DNA of 59,579 bases, filler included. It is 5 parts of 5 records of this genome, joined end to end, with 100 filler letters (N's around TTAATTAATTAA, not from the genome) between each part and the next. Parts side by side here need not be neighbours in the genome. Positions count along the whole stretch, not along the records: positions 19,160 to 25,854 come from SRR31156797_17168; positions 25,955 to 39,368 come from SRR31156797_17177; 3 more parts are not named here. The stretch is one strand, 5' to 3'. Position 1 is the first letter of the stretch; each line of letters begins with the position of its first letter. This document shows, one piece after another, positions 19,160 through 29,845 of the stretch. Under the pieces are notes generated by a model, which worked only from the letters and a program-made list of their open reading frames with translations, ran no database searches and was not told the origin of the DNA. The translations under genes and the position numbers were made by a program.

Positions 19160-19660
19160 ATAGGTTCCTTCCTGCTCAATGGGATTCTGAGTCGCCAATA
19201 CAAGGAAAGGTTCTTGCAAAGGATAGGTTTTGTCGCCAATACTGACTTGTTTTTCCTGCATGGCTTCAAGCAAAGCTGCCTGAACCTTTGCAGGTGAACG
19301 GTTAATTTCGTCAGCCAGAATAACATTGGCAAAGATCGGTCCTTTTTTAACTTCAAAAGACGATTCTTTTTGATTGTAGATCAAGGTTCCGATCAAGTCC
19401 GACGGTAAAAGATCGGGTGTGAACTGAATTCTGTGAAATGTTGTTTGAATGGCTTGTGCCAAAGATTTAACTGCAAGGGTTTTTGCCAGTCCGGGAACAC
19501 CTTCAAGCAAAATATGCCCTTCCGCCAATAGTCCTATCAATAATCTTTGGACCATTTTTTCCTGACCGATCAGAACTTTTCGTAGTTCAGCCTGGATCGA
19601 ATCAAGGAACACACTTTCTTTTTGTATCTGTTCGTTCAATAGTGCAAGATCAAAGCTCAT
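19160..19660 (-). CDS. moxR: MoxR family AAA+ ATPase (3' truncated)
   Basis: LEGVPGLAKT, RIQFTPDLLPSD, LADEINR, ATQNPIEQEGTY. Confidence 0.95.
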
Positions 19661-19672
19661 GCTTACCTCTTC

Positions 19673-20173
19673 TTATTCGCTGGTTCCACTTTTCATGATA
19701 CCTTTAAGTTCATCGATCTCATCAAGTTCCTTACCAAGGTTACGTAATTCAAATTTTACGGATTCAATGAGAGGATGTTCGGGATAATCACGTACAAATT
19801 GTTCATATTCAGCTTGCGCCCTGTCATACTCACCCATAATGTTGGCAAGTGTATACCCGGCCATAAAACGGGCTTTGGGGGCATCCGCATGTGAGGGATA
19901 TTCATCGGCGATGAGATTATACTTTTCAATACAAGTTTCAAATTCCTGCAGGTCGCCGGCATGGATCTCAGCTAAGCGATAAAGAGCTTTTACTGCCAGA
20001 TCATCATCCGGATACGTGTTTGTAAGTTTATCAAAGGTTTTAATGGCGCGAGTGACTTTTTGATCTTTATAAAGTTCGCTTCCATCCTGAAACATCTGTT
20101 CAGCTGTTCTGTTATCTGAACAAGAGAAGATCAGCAGAGTGACCAATAACAGGGTGAATAATTGTTTTTTCAT
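19673..20173 (-). CDS. TPR-repeat lipoprotein (BamD/CpoB-like)
   Basis: Lipobox IFSC; repeated helix pairs ending YP.. (YPDDDLA, YPSHADA, YPEHPL). Confidence 0.8.
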   Translation of the reverse strand: MKKQLFTLLLVTLLIFSCSDNRTAEQMFQDGSELYKDQKVTRAIKTFDKLTNTYPDDDLAVKALYRLAEIHAGDLQEFETCIEKYNLIADEYPSHADAPKARFMAGYTLANIMGEYDRAQAEYEQFVRDYPEHPLIESVKFELRNLGKELDEIDELKGIMKSGTSE

Positions 20174-20227
20174 TTTACCTTACTCCTAAATTTCAATTCA
20201 ATTCGAATAATTTATAATATTTCAATG

Positions 20228-22099
20228 CTAAAACGCAAATAAAAGTCCAAAGTTGACACTATTCCAAAAATTCCTGTCTTCTTCCTGTTCAGTTCCTTTG
20301 TTAGGATTGTTCAAAAGAATTGGGAACTCAAAGCGGATCGGACCAATTGGGGTCTTATAGTAAATACCAAAACCGGTGTTTACGTAGTATGTATCCCAAT
20401 CAGTGATCGTTGACAGATCATCATCTAAGCGACCGGCATCCAAGAACGCGTCAATACCAAAATTCCATGGTAGGTCAAATCTTAATTCCAGATTCGCCAG
20501 CATCTTAGCTTTTCCGGCATTAATGCTATAGGTTGTATCTTGTTCATCTATCGTTCTTGTTACTTCATATTCGCTTCCTATCGAACGATTCCACCCACGA
20601 ACTGTTGACTCACTACCCAACTGATAGAGTGAAAGATTGGGAATTGAATCTATTCCAAAGAACTGTCCGGCTTCAAGCCGACCTGCCAGAACAATATTTC
20701 TTGTCAAAGAGAAGTACTTATTGACCGATGCTTCCACACGGAAGTATTCTGTCTGTGATTCTTCCTCCGCACCTAAGACATACTCGGAATATAGCAATAT
20801 GTTCCAACCCCGTGTGGGGTAAATAAAATTATCTCTATTATCAAAGCGTGACTGCAATGAAACTTCGGTTTCCAGATCGAAATTACTGGCCCAATTGTAT
20901 AATACATTTTTTAAAGAAATTGAAGCTCTTGTATAAATATTTCTATTGAAACGCCAAATGCTTGACATACTTGTTCCATATTCAGTATCGATATCACTCA
21001 CAGATTCATCCAATTCGTTAAATGGGGTATCGTGATATTGATTGTAGAATAATTTAAAGGTTGTTGGGAGCCTTAAAAATACAAACCAGGGAAATGTATA
21101 AGACATTTCTGCTTTTAGGGGATATTCAGCTGCCCCGCCAGTATATAATAAGCCTGTTTCTGCTGAAACCCTGAATCTGTGAGCCCGGTGAAATAGGTTT
21201 TTATGAACCCACTCAGGACTAATATAGATCTCTTGTCCGGGATCACTTGCTATGATCTGTTGTCTGGCACCAAACTCAATATCAAATCGTCTTGGTTTAC
21301 TTTCGATAACCGTTACATCAAGATCTAAAGTTTGTGTTGAAGTATCCGGGTTGACAGGTACGATATTTATGGAATTGAATGCGCCCATCTCATAAATGCG
21401 GTCTTTTGTCCTGTTGATCTTATCCAATTGATAGGGTTCATTTTCTTTAATTAGAAAATGCTTTGTAATATACTCTGAACCTACATTCTTGTTTCCACCC
21501 AAACTGACCTTATTCACATTATAAGAAATATCTTCATCAATGATCAACGTGATCTCAAGGTCGGTGCCCCACTCATATTCTTCTCGAATACCAGCAAAAG
21601 GATGACCCAATTCACTATATTTTGATAATATCTTTCTGAAATTATTATAATAAACGTATTGTTTAAAAGGCTCCCCTACTCTGACATCCAGAAGTTCAAG
21701 GATCTCACCATCAGAAAGCAATGTATTACCTTCTACAGATATCTGTTTTACATGATATTGTTCATTTTCTTTGATATTGAAATACAGATGTAATTTATTC
21801 CCCTCACTAATGATCAAAGAATCTGAAATTTCACAATTCAAGAAACCTTCGCTGATATAAAAGTTTTGTAGAGATTTCGCCTGAGATTTTATATACCTGT
21901 AACTGATCCTTTTCATTGCTCTTTTAGAATTAACCGGACGAATGGCAACGTATCTTTTTAATTGTCGATCGCTATAGTTTTCATTTCCATTATAATAAAC
22001 TTTTCTAAGACGAAAATCAGCAAGATCATTTGAATTTTGAGCAAACAAATTCACCGTCAGGAATAAAAACACCATTATTTGTAAAATTCGTTTCATCAA
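20228..22099 (-). CDS. Omp85 (TamA/BamA-like) outer-membrane assembly protein with about three POTRA domains
   Basis: Three ..GN....L POTRA starts; DNRDNFIYPTRG, VRGW lid motif, YKTPIGPIRF, terminal Phe. Confidence 0.9.
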   Translation of the reverse strand: MMKRILQIMVFLFLTVNLFAQNSNDLADFRLRKVYYNGNENYSDRQLKRYVAIRPVNSKRAMKRISYRYIKSQAKSLQNFYISEGFLNCEISDSLIISEGNKLHLYFNIKENEQYHVKQISVEGNTLLSDGEILELLDVRVGEPFKQYVYYNNFRKILSKYSELGHPFAGIREEYEWGTDLEITLIIDEDISYNVNKVSLGGNKNVGSEYITKHFLIKENEPYQLDKINRTKDRIYEMGAFNSINIVPVNPDTSTQTLDLDVTVIESKPRRFDIEFGARQQIIASDPGQEIYISPEWVHKNLFHRAHRFRVSAETGLLYTGGAAEYPLKAEMSYTFPWFVFLRLPTTFKLFYNQYHDTPFNELDESVSDIDTEYGTSMSSIWRFNRNIYTRASISLKNVLYNWASNFDLETEVSLQSRFDNRDNFIYPTRGWNILLYSEYVLGAEEESQTEYFRVEASVNKYFSLTRNIVLAGRLEAGQFFGIDSIPNLSLYQLGSESTVRGWNRSIGSEYEVTRTIDEQDTTYSINAGKAKMLANLELRFDLPWNFGIDAFLDAGRLDDDLSTITDWDTYYVNTGFGIYYKTPIGPIRFEFPILLNNPNKGTEQEEDRNFWNSVNFGLLFAF

Positions 22100-25000
22100 T
22101 ATTGTAACCTCAAGCGTACAGCAGCACCCACTTTTTCATCACTTGCAGTCCCTACAATTGATACTTTATTATTCAAACGATATTCGTATTCAATATTCTT
22201 AAGAAGATCTTCTGCGGATCCTTCATAGGTTAAATAAAAATTTCGACCAATTCTTCCACCAATGATCAATGCCGTGTCATCATCAATATATTGCGCATCA
22301 CCGCCCTTGATATCTATTCTGTCCAAGCCTCCAACACTTCCCAGTTTTCTAGCCTGTTGCTCTAAGGGAACCTCTGCCAATGAAAGCAGGGCCATTGCAA
22401 AATCACCTCCACCACCTGTAACGTCTTCTGTTACTCCTTGAAGGACACTTGCGATCTCATCAACAGTTAATGCCTGAACTATCTCGGCCTGGCTCATAAT
22501 ACCCAATTCATCTGTAAAATTGATCTCCGGTTCGTTTAATTCGCCTGTGATCATAGCAGTGATCTCAGTATTTTCAATTTCTTTTGTGGCCGAAAAATTC
22601 AGTTGATGATTATTTTCATACTGATCAAGAATAAGGCTTCCTTCTTCAAGAACAAAAACAGATGCCCAATAGTTGAAAAATCCTTCAGTAACGTCCAGTT
22701 CTCCACCCATTCTGGTACGACCTTCATCAGGAAATTTCTGCAAAACCATTTCACCGTTCAGGGTAGCATCGATCAATTGATTTCTAAAATAGATCTTATC
22801 AATGATCGCATTGATGGAATAAGCCGTTTTCAACCAGTCACCCCGAATACTAATTGGAGCCGTAGACGTTGGTACAACTCTATTTGATCCCAGTTCGATC
22901 AATCCTTCCTGGATAGTCACATCCCCACTGACCGTAAGCGTATCTTTACCCGTGATCATCAGATCAACCGATTCCGTGGTAAGATTAACATTATCATCAA
23001 GTGTTACTATACCCATTTGACCACCGGTAAGATGTAGATCAAAATCCGGACGTATCATAAAACTCATATCCATATTACCGGCAATGTTGAAATTATATTC
23101 TTCCTCTACACTTTCATTCCCCAACCCCAGGATACCGGCAAGGGTATATGCATCTGCAGGTAATTTTCCGTCCAAGTTCACTTTCATATCGTTATCAACA
23201 AGAATCGCTTCAGCATCAATATTTTCAATTTCATTGCCCAGTATATCCAAGACCAAGCGACCATCATTTAAAGTAACCCGACCATTCTTGGAAGATTCAT
23301 TGAAATTCCCAAGGATCTCCAATTCAGTGAACAATTCCCCTTCTAATGACTCGATCGCACCAATGAAAGGCGACAAATACCTCATTTTGGTATCTGTCCC
23401 GATCACATAAGCATAAAGACTGCTATCAGGATCAAAGCGAGGATCTTCGGTTTGGAAACGCAGATCCATGAACATATTCGCATTGCCTTTATAACGACCT
23501 TCTTCAGCAAACATTTCCACATCGTTGAAATACATTCGTTCATTGCTGTAGTGAAAACGACCGGTCGCGGAATCAGCTTCGATCTCGATGATGTAAGGAT
23601 CTGTAACATACATATCAGCATCCATAACAAGATCATTGATCGTGCCGGTGATCTCACCGCTGGCAGAGGCATCACCCAGGATCTTCAGATCCAATACAAA
23701 GGGTAATAGCTTTTCTAATCTTATATTTTCAATTTCAACATCGGCATATAATTGTTCTTCGGGAAGCAGATTGAGCATTTTTTTACCACTAAGATCAATA
23801 TTCAATGGTAATTGTCCGGTTAAGGATATCCACCTTTCGTCATTGATCTCAAATTCCATATCATCTATGAAAACCACACTGTCTACATAGTGCATCTCCG
23901 TTCGAATAGTCTGAGCGTCCAAGCCAAAAGCATGGGCTCTTTTCATCGAAATATCTGCAAAGACAATAGGATCATCCAAATGCCCTGTAATATCTATGCT
24001 CATATCAAGAAGTCCGCCCACAGAATCAACCATTGTGGACAAAAGTGGCAATGAATTCAATTCAGCACCCGCAATATTCAAACTTCCGTTGATCAGGCTG
24101 TCCTCAACCTCCAGTGAGCCAAACAATAAAGCATCACGATAAAGAACATCGAATCTTGATAAGGAATAGCCATTGTCGGCTAGGTCAAAAACAACAGGAT
24201 CCAATAAGTAGATATCCTCGTTCTGATAAGTACCTTGCAAGGTTTCTATTGTGAATTCTTTAAAATCCCTCACATTTGCCGATAAACTCATATTATAGTT
24301 ATCATGATCAATATCAAGATAATCCAGGAAGATCGTGTCTTCTTCTACACGAACGTAAGTTTGGACCGACCCAATGAAAAAAGAGTCAATGGCAGCGTTT
24401 TCAAATGACACCAGAACTGCTCCACCGGGTTGCGAGATCGTTTTATTACTAAAGAGTGAAACGTTAAGATTATTGACAGTATAGGCTTCATATTTCAATG
24501 TATCCACATTGAAATTCATTTGAATATCCGGATCCTTTATTTCACCAAGTATCTTCAGGGTCAAATAAATGTCATCGCCGACGATCTCATCCATGTCCGG
24601 TATTTCCAATTCATTCAATGAGGCTATATTCCCATAGATATCAAGGTCAACATTTTCAAGATCTTTAATACTACCTCGTACTTTCAGTAATCCATCCCGT
24701 AAAAGGATCTGATTCGTGGAATCGAGGACAATATTATCCATGCCTTTCAAGGTAATATCACCGCTTAAATTAGCAGTTTTTATTCCATATATTTCTTTGC
24801 AATCAAAATCATAATTTACTTTTAGCCGTTCTTCAAGATACCCGGTTGCCCTTAAACGACCTTCAAAATCAAATTCCGGAAGTCCATTTACCCATTCAGA
24901 GGGTGTTAGTGCGTGTGATGAAAAGGTGGTTGATATATATTTATCTTTAAAACCATAAGATCCGTAAACGGATATGTCGGTACCTTTATTTTTGAAGCTT

Positions 25001-25854
25001 GCCTGCAATAAATGAAGGTAATTGTTTTTGTATTCAATATTAAAGCTGGAATGATCGATCTTGCGATCATTCAATATGCCATCCAGGTCGACGGTTGCCG
25101 TAAAAGCTTTGAAGTCCCCCATGATGTCAAGTTCCATATCGATCTCATCGTTCTCTTTGATCACCGGAAGATCAACATAGTCCTCTAAAGCAAAATCCTG
25201 GACATTGAATGTAAATTGAAAACGGAAAGGTTCAATATACCGGACCTTACCACTGGATGTGATCTTTGAATCGTTAAATACAAAATTCAGGTCCTTCAGT
25301 TTGACAATATCATTCTTTACGGATATCTCACTTGTCAATCCCTTTACATTTATCCCCATCGCTTCATTTATTAACTTAAGGTCATGTATCTCAAGAACCG
25401 CAGCATCATTTCTGCCGGAATAATGAAATTGCAAATGGTCGATCTTTTGAACAATAAGTGAATCGGCCGTTTCAATTTGAAGATCGGCATCAATGATATT
25501 GATATTGTTCACAAGAAAATTGGGGAAATTTATTTCGGTAAATCCAGTGCTTGTATCTTGACTCTCGCTTAATTTCACATAAATATGGGGTTCAATAAGG
25601 GTAAGACTGTCCAGTCGTCTTCTACCCAACAATTCGAAGATTCCCTTGTAAGCGATATTCAAGGTATCTACTGTTACGATGATAGTGGAATCCTCATTTG
25701 AAAATTCCAACTGATCTGCTTGAAGGCTTGTCCGGAGAGGTGTATTCAGATCATTTATTGATAATTGATAATTATAGCGACTGCTGATCTGCTGCTTAAG
25801 TATCCTGTAGACAATATTAAAACCGACGTCCGTTTTTGTTAAAAAGACGCCGGT
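22096..25854 (-). CDS. tamB: TamB (DUF490)-like translocation/assembly protein (5' truncated)
   Basis: Long beta-taco-like protein with C-terminal IGGRIGRNFYLTY...EYRLN; frame stays open 48 codons beyond the ORF-track start up to the spacer; stop overlaps the Omp85 start. Confidence 0.8.
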   Translation of the reverse strand, partial: TGVFLTKTDVGFNIVYRILKQQISSRYNYQLSINDLNTPLRTSLQADQLEFSNEDSTIIVTVDTLNIAYKGIFELLGRRRLDSLTLIEPHIYVKLSESQDTSTGFTEINFPNFLVNNINIIDADLQIETADSLIVQKIDHLQFHYSGRNDAAVLEIHDLKLINEAMGINVKGLTSEISVKNDIVKLKDLNFVFNDSKITSSGKVRYIEPFRFQFTFNVQDFALEDYVDLPVIKENDEIDMELDIMGDFKAFTATVDLDGILNDRKIDHSSFNIEYKNNYLHLLQASFKNKGTDISVYGSYGFKDKYISTTFSSHALTPSEWVNGLPEFDFEGRLRATGYLEERLKVNYDFDCKEIYGIKTANLSGDITLKGMDNIVLDSTNQILLRDGLLKVRGSIKDLENVDLDIYGNIASLNELEIPDMDEIVGDDIYLTLKILGEIKDPDIQMNFNVDTLKYEAYTVNNLNVSLFSNKTISQPGGAVLVSFENAAIDSFFIGSVQTYVRVEEDTIFLDYLDIDHDNYNMSLSANVRDFKEFTIETLQGTYQNEDIYLLDPVVFDLADNGYSLSRFDVLYRDALLFGSLEVEDSLINGSLNIAGAELNSLPLLSTMVDSVGGLLDMSIDITGHLDDPIVFADISMKRAHAFGLDAQTIRTEMHYVDSVVFIDDMEFEINDERWISLTGQLPLNIDLSGKKMLNLLPEEQLYADVEIENIRLEKLLPFVLDLKILGDASASGEITGTINDLVMDADMYVTDPYIIEIEADSATGRFHYSNERMYFNDVEMFAEEGRYKGNANMFMDLRFQTEDPRFDPDSSLYAYVIGTDTKMRYLSPFIGAIESLEGELFTELEILGNFNESSKNGRVTLNDGRLVLDILGNEIENIDAEAILVDNDMKVNLDGKLPADAYTLAGILGLGNESVEEEYNFNIAGNMDMSFMIRPDFDLHLTGGQMGIVTLDDNVNLTTESVDLMITGKDTLTVSGDVTIQEGLIELGSNRVVPTSTAPISIRGDWLKTAYSINAIIDKIYFRNQLIDATLNGEMVLQKFPDEGRTRMGGELDVTEGFFNYWASVFVLEEGSLILDQYENNHQLNFSATKEIENTEITAMITGELNEPEINFTDELGIMSQAEIVQALTVDEIASVLQGVTEDVTGGGGDFAMALLSLAEVPLEQQARKLGSVGGLDRIDIKGGDAQYIDDDTALIIGGRIGRNFYLTYEGSAEDLLKNIEYEYRLNNKVSIVGTASDEKVGAAVRLRLQY

Positions 25855-25954
25855 NNNNNNNNNNNNNNNNNNNNNNNNNNNNNNNNNNNNNNNNNNNNTT
25901 AATTAATTAANNNNNNNNNNNNNNNNNNNNNNNNNNNNNNNNNNNNNNNNNNNN
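25855..25954. other. Artificial contig spacer
   Basis: 44 N + TTAATTAATTAA + 44 N. Confidence 0.98.
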
Positions 25955-26113
25955 TCTTTTTGTCACATATGATTGTACAACCTACAGTGTGTTTATTAAA
26001 ATTATACGTTGACATATATGGATAATAAGAATAATATAAGATGTTGTAAAATAGTAAATAATAAATTTTTATAGATACATTTATGTACATAAATGTGAAC
26101 CAAGGAGTTAAAT

Positions 26114-27325
26114 ATGACTAATTATGGTGTGCTATTGGATATAGCTCTTATTTTACTGTTCACAAAAGTTTTTTCAGTATTAACAAAACGTATACAGCTG
26201 CCGGCAGTGGTAGGTGCACTAATCGCTGGATTTATTATCGGTCCAAATATACTAAACATTGTAAAGGAAACCGAAGTAATAGATATTATGGCTGAGCTTG
26301 GTGTTATCTTTATTATGTTCATGGCTGGCATGGAAACTGATATTAAGAAGATAAAAACTACTTTCAAGGCTTCATTATTTATAGCAATACTTGGCATGAT
26401 TTTGCCTCTTATAGGCGGATTCATCATTGCCAGCCTTTTTACCGGCGGATTTGCCAATATCGGCAGTGTAGAATTCCTGCAGAATATGTTTATCGGAATA
26501 ATACTTATGGCAACATCAGTAACCATATCTGTTGAAACTCTCAGAGAGTTAGGAAGACTAAATACACAATCAGGAACAACTATCTTAGGAGCCGCAATAC
26601 TGGATGACATTCTTGGCATTATCGCTCTTACAGTATTAATGAGCGTTACTTCTTCTGATATAAGTGTTGGAATGGTGCTTATAAAAATCGGCTTGTTCTT
26701 TGTGTTTGCTTTTGTATGTGGTTATGGATTCTATAAGCTGTTCAAATATTTTACCAAAAAACACGGTAGGAAACGCCGTGTACCTATATATTCATTAGTA
26801 TTTTGTCTAGGATTATCATATATAGCAGAGCATTACTTTGGTGTTGCGGATATTACTGGTGCATACCTTGCAGGCGTTATGATATCTAGTATAACACTGT
26901 CAGAATATGTTAACCAAAAGGTTGAGGTTACAACATATATGCTATTTGCCCCAATATTCTTTGCAAGTATTGGTATACGCTCAACCATCAGTCATCTCGA
27001 TATGCATATGTTGATTTTCTCTGCCTCATTGGTACTTATTGCACTGCTTACAAAAGTAGCAGGTGGTATAATAGGTGCAAAATTAGCAAAATACACAAAG
27101 TCCGAAGCAATTCGCTGCGGTGTTGGAATGATGGCACGTGGAGAAGTCGCTCTTATTGTAGCTGACAGGGGTATATCCGCAGGCTTAATACCTGCAGAAT
27201 TATTAACTCCTATCGTATTGCTTGTAATATGCTCCAGCTTCTTAACACCTGCATTCCTAAAAATCGCATACAAGTATCGTAAAGATGATTATGAATACAC
27301 ACCAGCTGATACTACAACTATTTAG
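26114..27325 (+). CDS. Cation:proton antiporter (CPA2, NapA-like)
   Basis: AELGVIFIMFMAGMETD, ATSVTIS, GAAILDDILG, GMMARGEV. Confidence 0.9.
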   Translation: MTNYGVLLDIALILLFTKVFSVLTKRIQLPAVVGALIAGFIIGPNILNIVKETEVIDIMAELGVIFIMFMAGMETDIKKIKTTFKASLFIAILGMILPLIGGFIIASLFTGGFANIGSVEFLQNMFIGIILMATSVTISVETLRELGRLNTQSGTTILGAAILDDILGIIALTVLMSVTSSDISVGMVLIKIGLFFVFAFVCGYGFYKLFKYFTKKHGRKRRVPIYSLVFCLGLSYIAEHYFGVADITGAYLAGVMISSITLSEYVNQKVEVTTYMLFAPIFFASIGIRSTISHLDMHMLIFSASLVLIALLTKVAGGIIGAKLAKYTKSEAIRCGVGMMARGEVALIVADRGISAGLIPAELLTPIVLLVICSSFLTPAFLKIAYKYRKDDYEYTPADTTTI

Positions 27326-27373
27326 GAAAAACTAAAAAGTACAGATGATACTGCATTGGTATATTAATTGATA

Positions 27374-27658
27374 TTAAAATTTACCATGCCATGTATCTCT
27401 GTGCAGCACATCTGCCAACTTTACATCCTTTTGTTTCATATCCCTATAATTATCACCTTTATAACCAAATGGGATAATAGCCGCAACTTCTAACCCTCTG
27501 GTATACCTAATATCTCTTTCACACTGTCTGTATTCTTGAGGATAAAAGTTACACCAAATACATCATCCTCTGCTAGATTTAGCAGGAAATTATAGTCTGC
27601 CCTTTTTGCTAAAATCCCTTATACTCCTGCGCTTCTTTACTAATTCAGTAAAATTCAT
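27374..27658 (-). pseudogene. Nitroreductase family pseudogene (internal deletion plus frameshifts)
   Basis: Three consecutive fragments in shifted frames: MNFTELVKKRRSIRDFS; LLNLAEDDVFGVTFILKNTDSVKEILGIPEG; LEVAAIIPFGY...VLHRDTW. Confidence 0.85.
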
Positions 27659-27815
27659 ACCTTATCCATTCATATTTTCACTAATCTCGAATACTTGGCT
27701 ATATTATATAGAATTATTATGCTGTGTCAATAAAAGAATAAAGTACTTTTACACAATATATAATTCATGTATAATGTATAAGCGAGACAAAACACTTCAT
27801 GGATTGGAAACTATA

Positions 27816-29708
27816 ATGGTTATTTTAACGGCAAATAAATTAACACTGCATTTTGGTACAACAGAAATATTTAATGATGTTAGTGTTCAGATAAAGGAAA
27901 ATTCAAAAATCGGTCTGGTTGGTACCAATGGTGCAGGCAAAACGTCACTGCTGAAAGTTCTGTCAGGTATCATTGACTATACATCAGGCAGTATCAGCAT
28001 TAGCGAGAACACCAGCGTAAATTACCTAAGCCAACTGTCCGACTACACATGTGAAAACACAGTTTTCCAAGAGGTCATGTCTATATTTGATGATATTTAT
28101 GATATGGAACGAAAAATGCGTGACCTAGAGCATCAGATGGCTGACTGCGAGAATCTGGATGAGCTTACTGATGAATATAACAGATTAGTTGAAGAGTTTG
28201 AAGATATTAACGGCTATGCTGTGGAAAGACTAGCACGAAGTGTACTATCTGGGCTTAATATCAAGGAAGATATGTATGATAGAAATATTTCAACTCTGTC
28301 AGGCGGTCAACGTGCACGAGTAGCTCTAGCCAGAGCACTGCTAAAAAAGCCAAGTCTGCTGCTGCTGGATGAACCTACTAACCATCTGGATATGGACGCA
28401 ATTAATTTTCTAGAGAATTATCTGAATCAATACAAAGCAGCATTCATTGTAGTATCTCATGATAGATATTTCCTAGATAAAGTATGCGGCGAAATATATG
28501 AAATTTCCATGGGTAAGCTAAATAAATATAAAGGCAACTACAGCGATTATTTACTAAAAAGAGAAAAAATCTATCAGCAAATGCTTTTGGAATACAAAGC
28601 TAATCAGCAACTGATACAGCGTGAGCAGGCGATAATAAACAGATACAGACGATGGGGACGGGAGAAATCCCTTCGTGCTGCTAAATCACGTGAAAAGCGA
28701 TTGGAAAAGATTGAACGTATTGACAAGCCATTAACCGAAAATAAAGTAAGCTTCTCGTTTCAGATTACAGGCAGAAGCGGAGAAGATGTGCTTATTACAA
28801 AAAATCTGTCTAAGAACTTTGATGGTACAGAGATATTTACCGGTCTGGATATGCATATAAAATCAGGTGAAAAGGTTGCAATTGTCGGTGCAAATGGTAT
28901 CGGAAAAACCACGCTTTTAAAAATTATAAACAAGGCAATACCTCCCTCAGACGGAGAATTTCTGATTGGTTCATCAGTTAAAATCGGTTATTATGACCAG
29001 CATCAGCAGAATTTAATTAGTACAAATACAGCTATTGACGAGATATGGCGTGTATATAATTCTCTTAGTCATCAACAAATCCGTGATACCCTTGCACTCT
29101 TTTTATTTAGGGGTGATGATATTACTAAAGAAGTATCAATGCTATCTGGCGGCGAACGAGCTAGATTGTCTCTTCTTAAGCTGATGCTTTCCAAGGCGAA
29201 TTTCCTAATCCTTGACGAGCCTACCAACCATCTTGATATGGACTCTACGCAAGTTCTGGAGGAAGCTCTGAAAGATTTCCCGGGCACAGTACTATTTGTC
29301 AGTCATGACAGATATTTTATCAATAATATAGCTAATAGAGTAATCCATATGGAGAAGGATAAGGTAACCTCTTACCCGGGCAACTGGGATGATTACCAAA
29401 GGCATTTATCATTGCTAAGAAATGATAAACTAAATGATAATTCTATCAATAAAACACAAAAGGCAAAGCTTTTGAAAAAGCAAAGAGAAACTCAGGCGAA
29501 TCAGAAAAAAAGAAAGCAAGCTCTCAAAGCCCTAGAAAATGATATAGAGGATTTGGAAAAAAAGATAGCAGATATCGAGAACATATTAAGCAGTGGTAAT
29601 ATATCTGCTGATGAGATTAATACTATGAGCAAAGAACACCAGGAATTATCAAGTAAGCTAGAGGAAACAATGGAAAAATGGACTGAAGAAATGGACTACC
29701 ATTTATAA
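27816..29708 (+). CDS. ABC-F family ATP-binding protein (ribosome-associated, Uup/YdiF-like)
   Basis: Two NBDs (GTNGAGKT, LSGGQ, LLLDEPTNHLD; GANGIGKT, LSGGE, ILDEPTNHLD), no TM domain, C-terminal coiled coil; start moved to ATG 27816. Confidence 0.93.
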   Translation: MVILTANKLTLHFGTTEIFNDVSVQIKENSKIGLVGTNGAGKTSLLKVLSGIIDYTSGSISISENTSVNYLSQLSDYTCENTVFQEVMSIFDDIYDMERKMRDLEHQMADCENLDELTDEYNRLVEEFEDINGYAVERLARSVLSGLNIKEDMYDRNISTLSGGQRARVALARALLKKPSLLLLDEPTNHLDMDAINFLENYLNQYKAAFIVVSHDRYFLDKVCGEIYEISMGKLNKYKGNYSDYLLKREKIYQQMLLEYKANQQLIQREQAIINRYRRWGREKSLRAAKSREKRLEKIERIDKPLTENKVSFSFQITGRSGEDVLITKNLSKNFDGTEIFTGLDMHIKSGEKVAIVGANGIGKTTLLKIINKAIPPSDGEFLIGSSVKIGYYDQHQQNLISTNTAIDEIWRVYNSLSHQQIRDTLALFLFRGDDITKEVSMLSGGERARLSLLKLMLSKANFLILDEPTNHLDMDSTQVLEEALKDFPGTVLFVSHDRYFINNIANRVIHMEKDKVTSYPGNWDDYQRHLSLLRNDKLNDNSINKTQKAKLLKKQRETQANQKKRKQALKALENDIEDLEKKIADIENILSSGNISADEINTMSKEHQELSSKLEETMEKWTEEMDYHL

Positions 29709-29778
29709 AGATTAATCAGAGATAGCTGCTAATATCCATTGTAGTTTGCAGCAATTTTAATACTTTCTATATTAACTA

Positions 29779-29817
29779 AAAAGACTATCCAATACAGTAA
29801 GTACAGGATAGTCTTTT
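29779..29817. terminator. Bidirectional terminator
   Basis: AAAAGACTATCC...GGATAGTCTTTT between convergent genes. Confidence 0.7.
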
Positions 29818-29845
29818 CCAATTATAGTATCAGTAAGTGTAACAA

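Noticed and set aside
27606-27815. 70-aa N-terminal extension of ABC-F
   Set aside because: Overlaps the opposite-strand pseudogene and promoter region; ABC domain begins at ATG 27816
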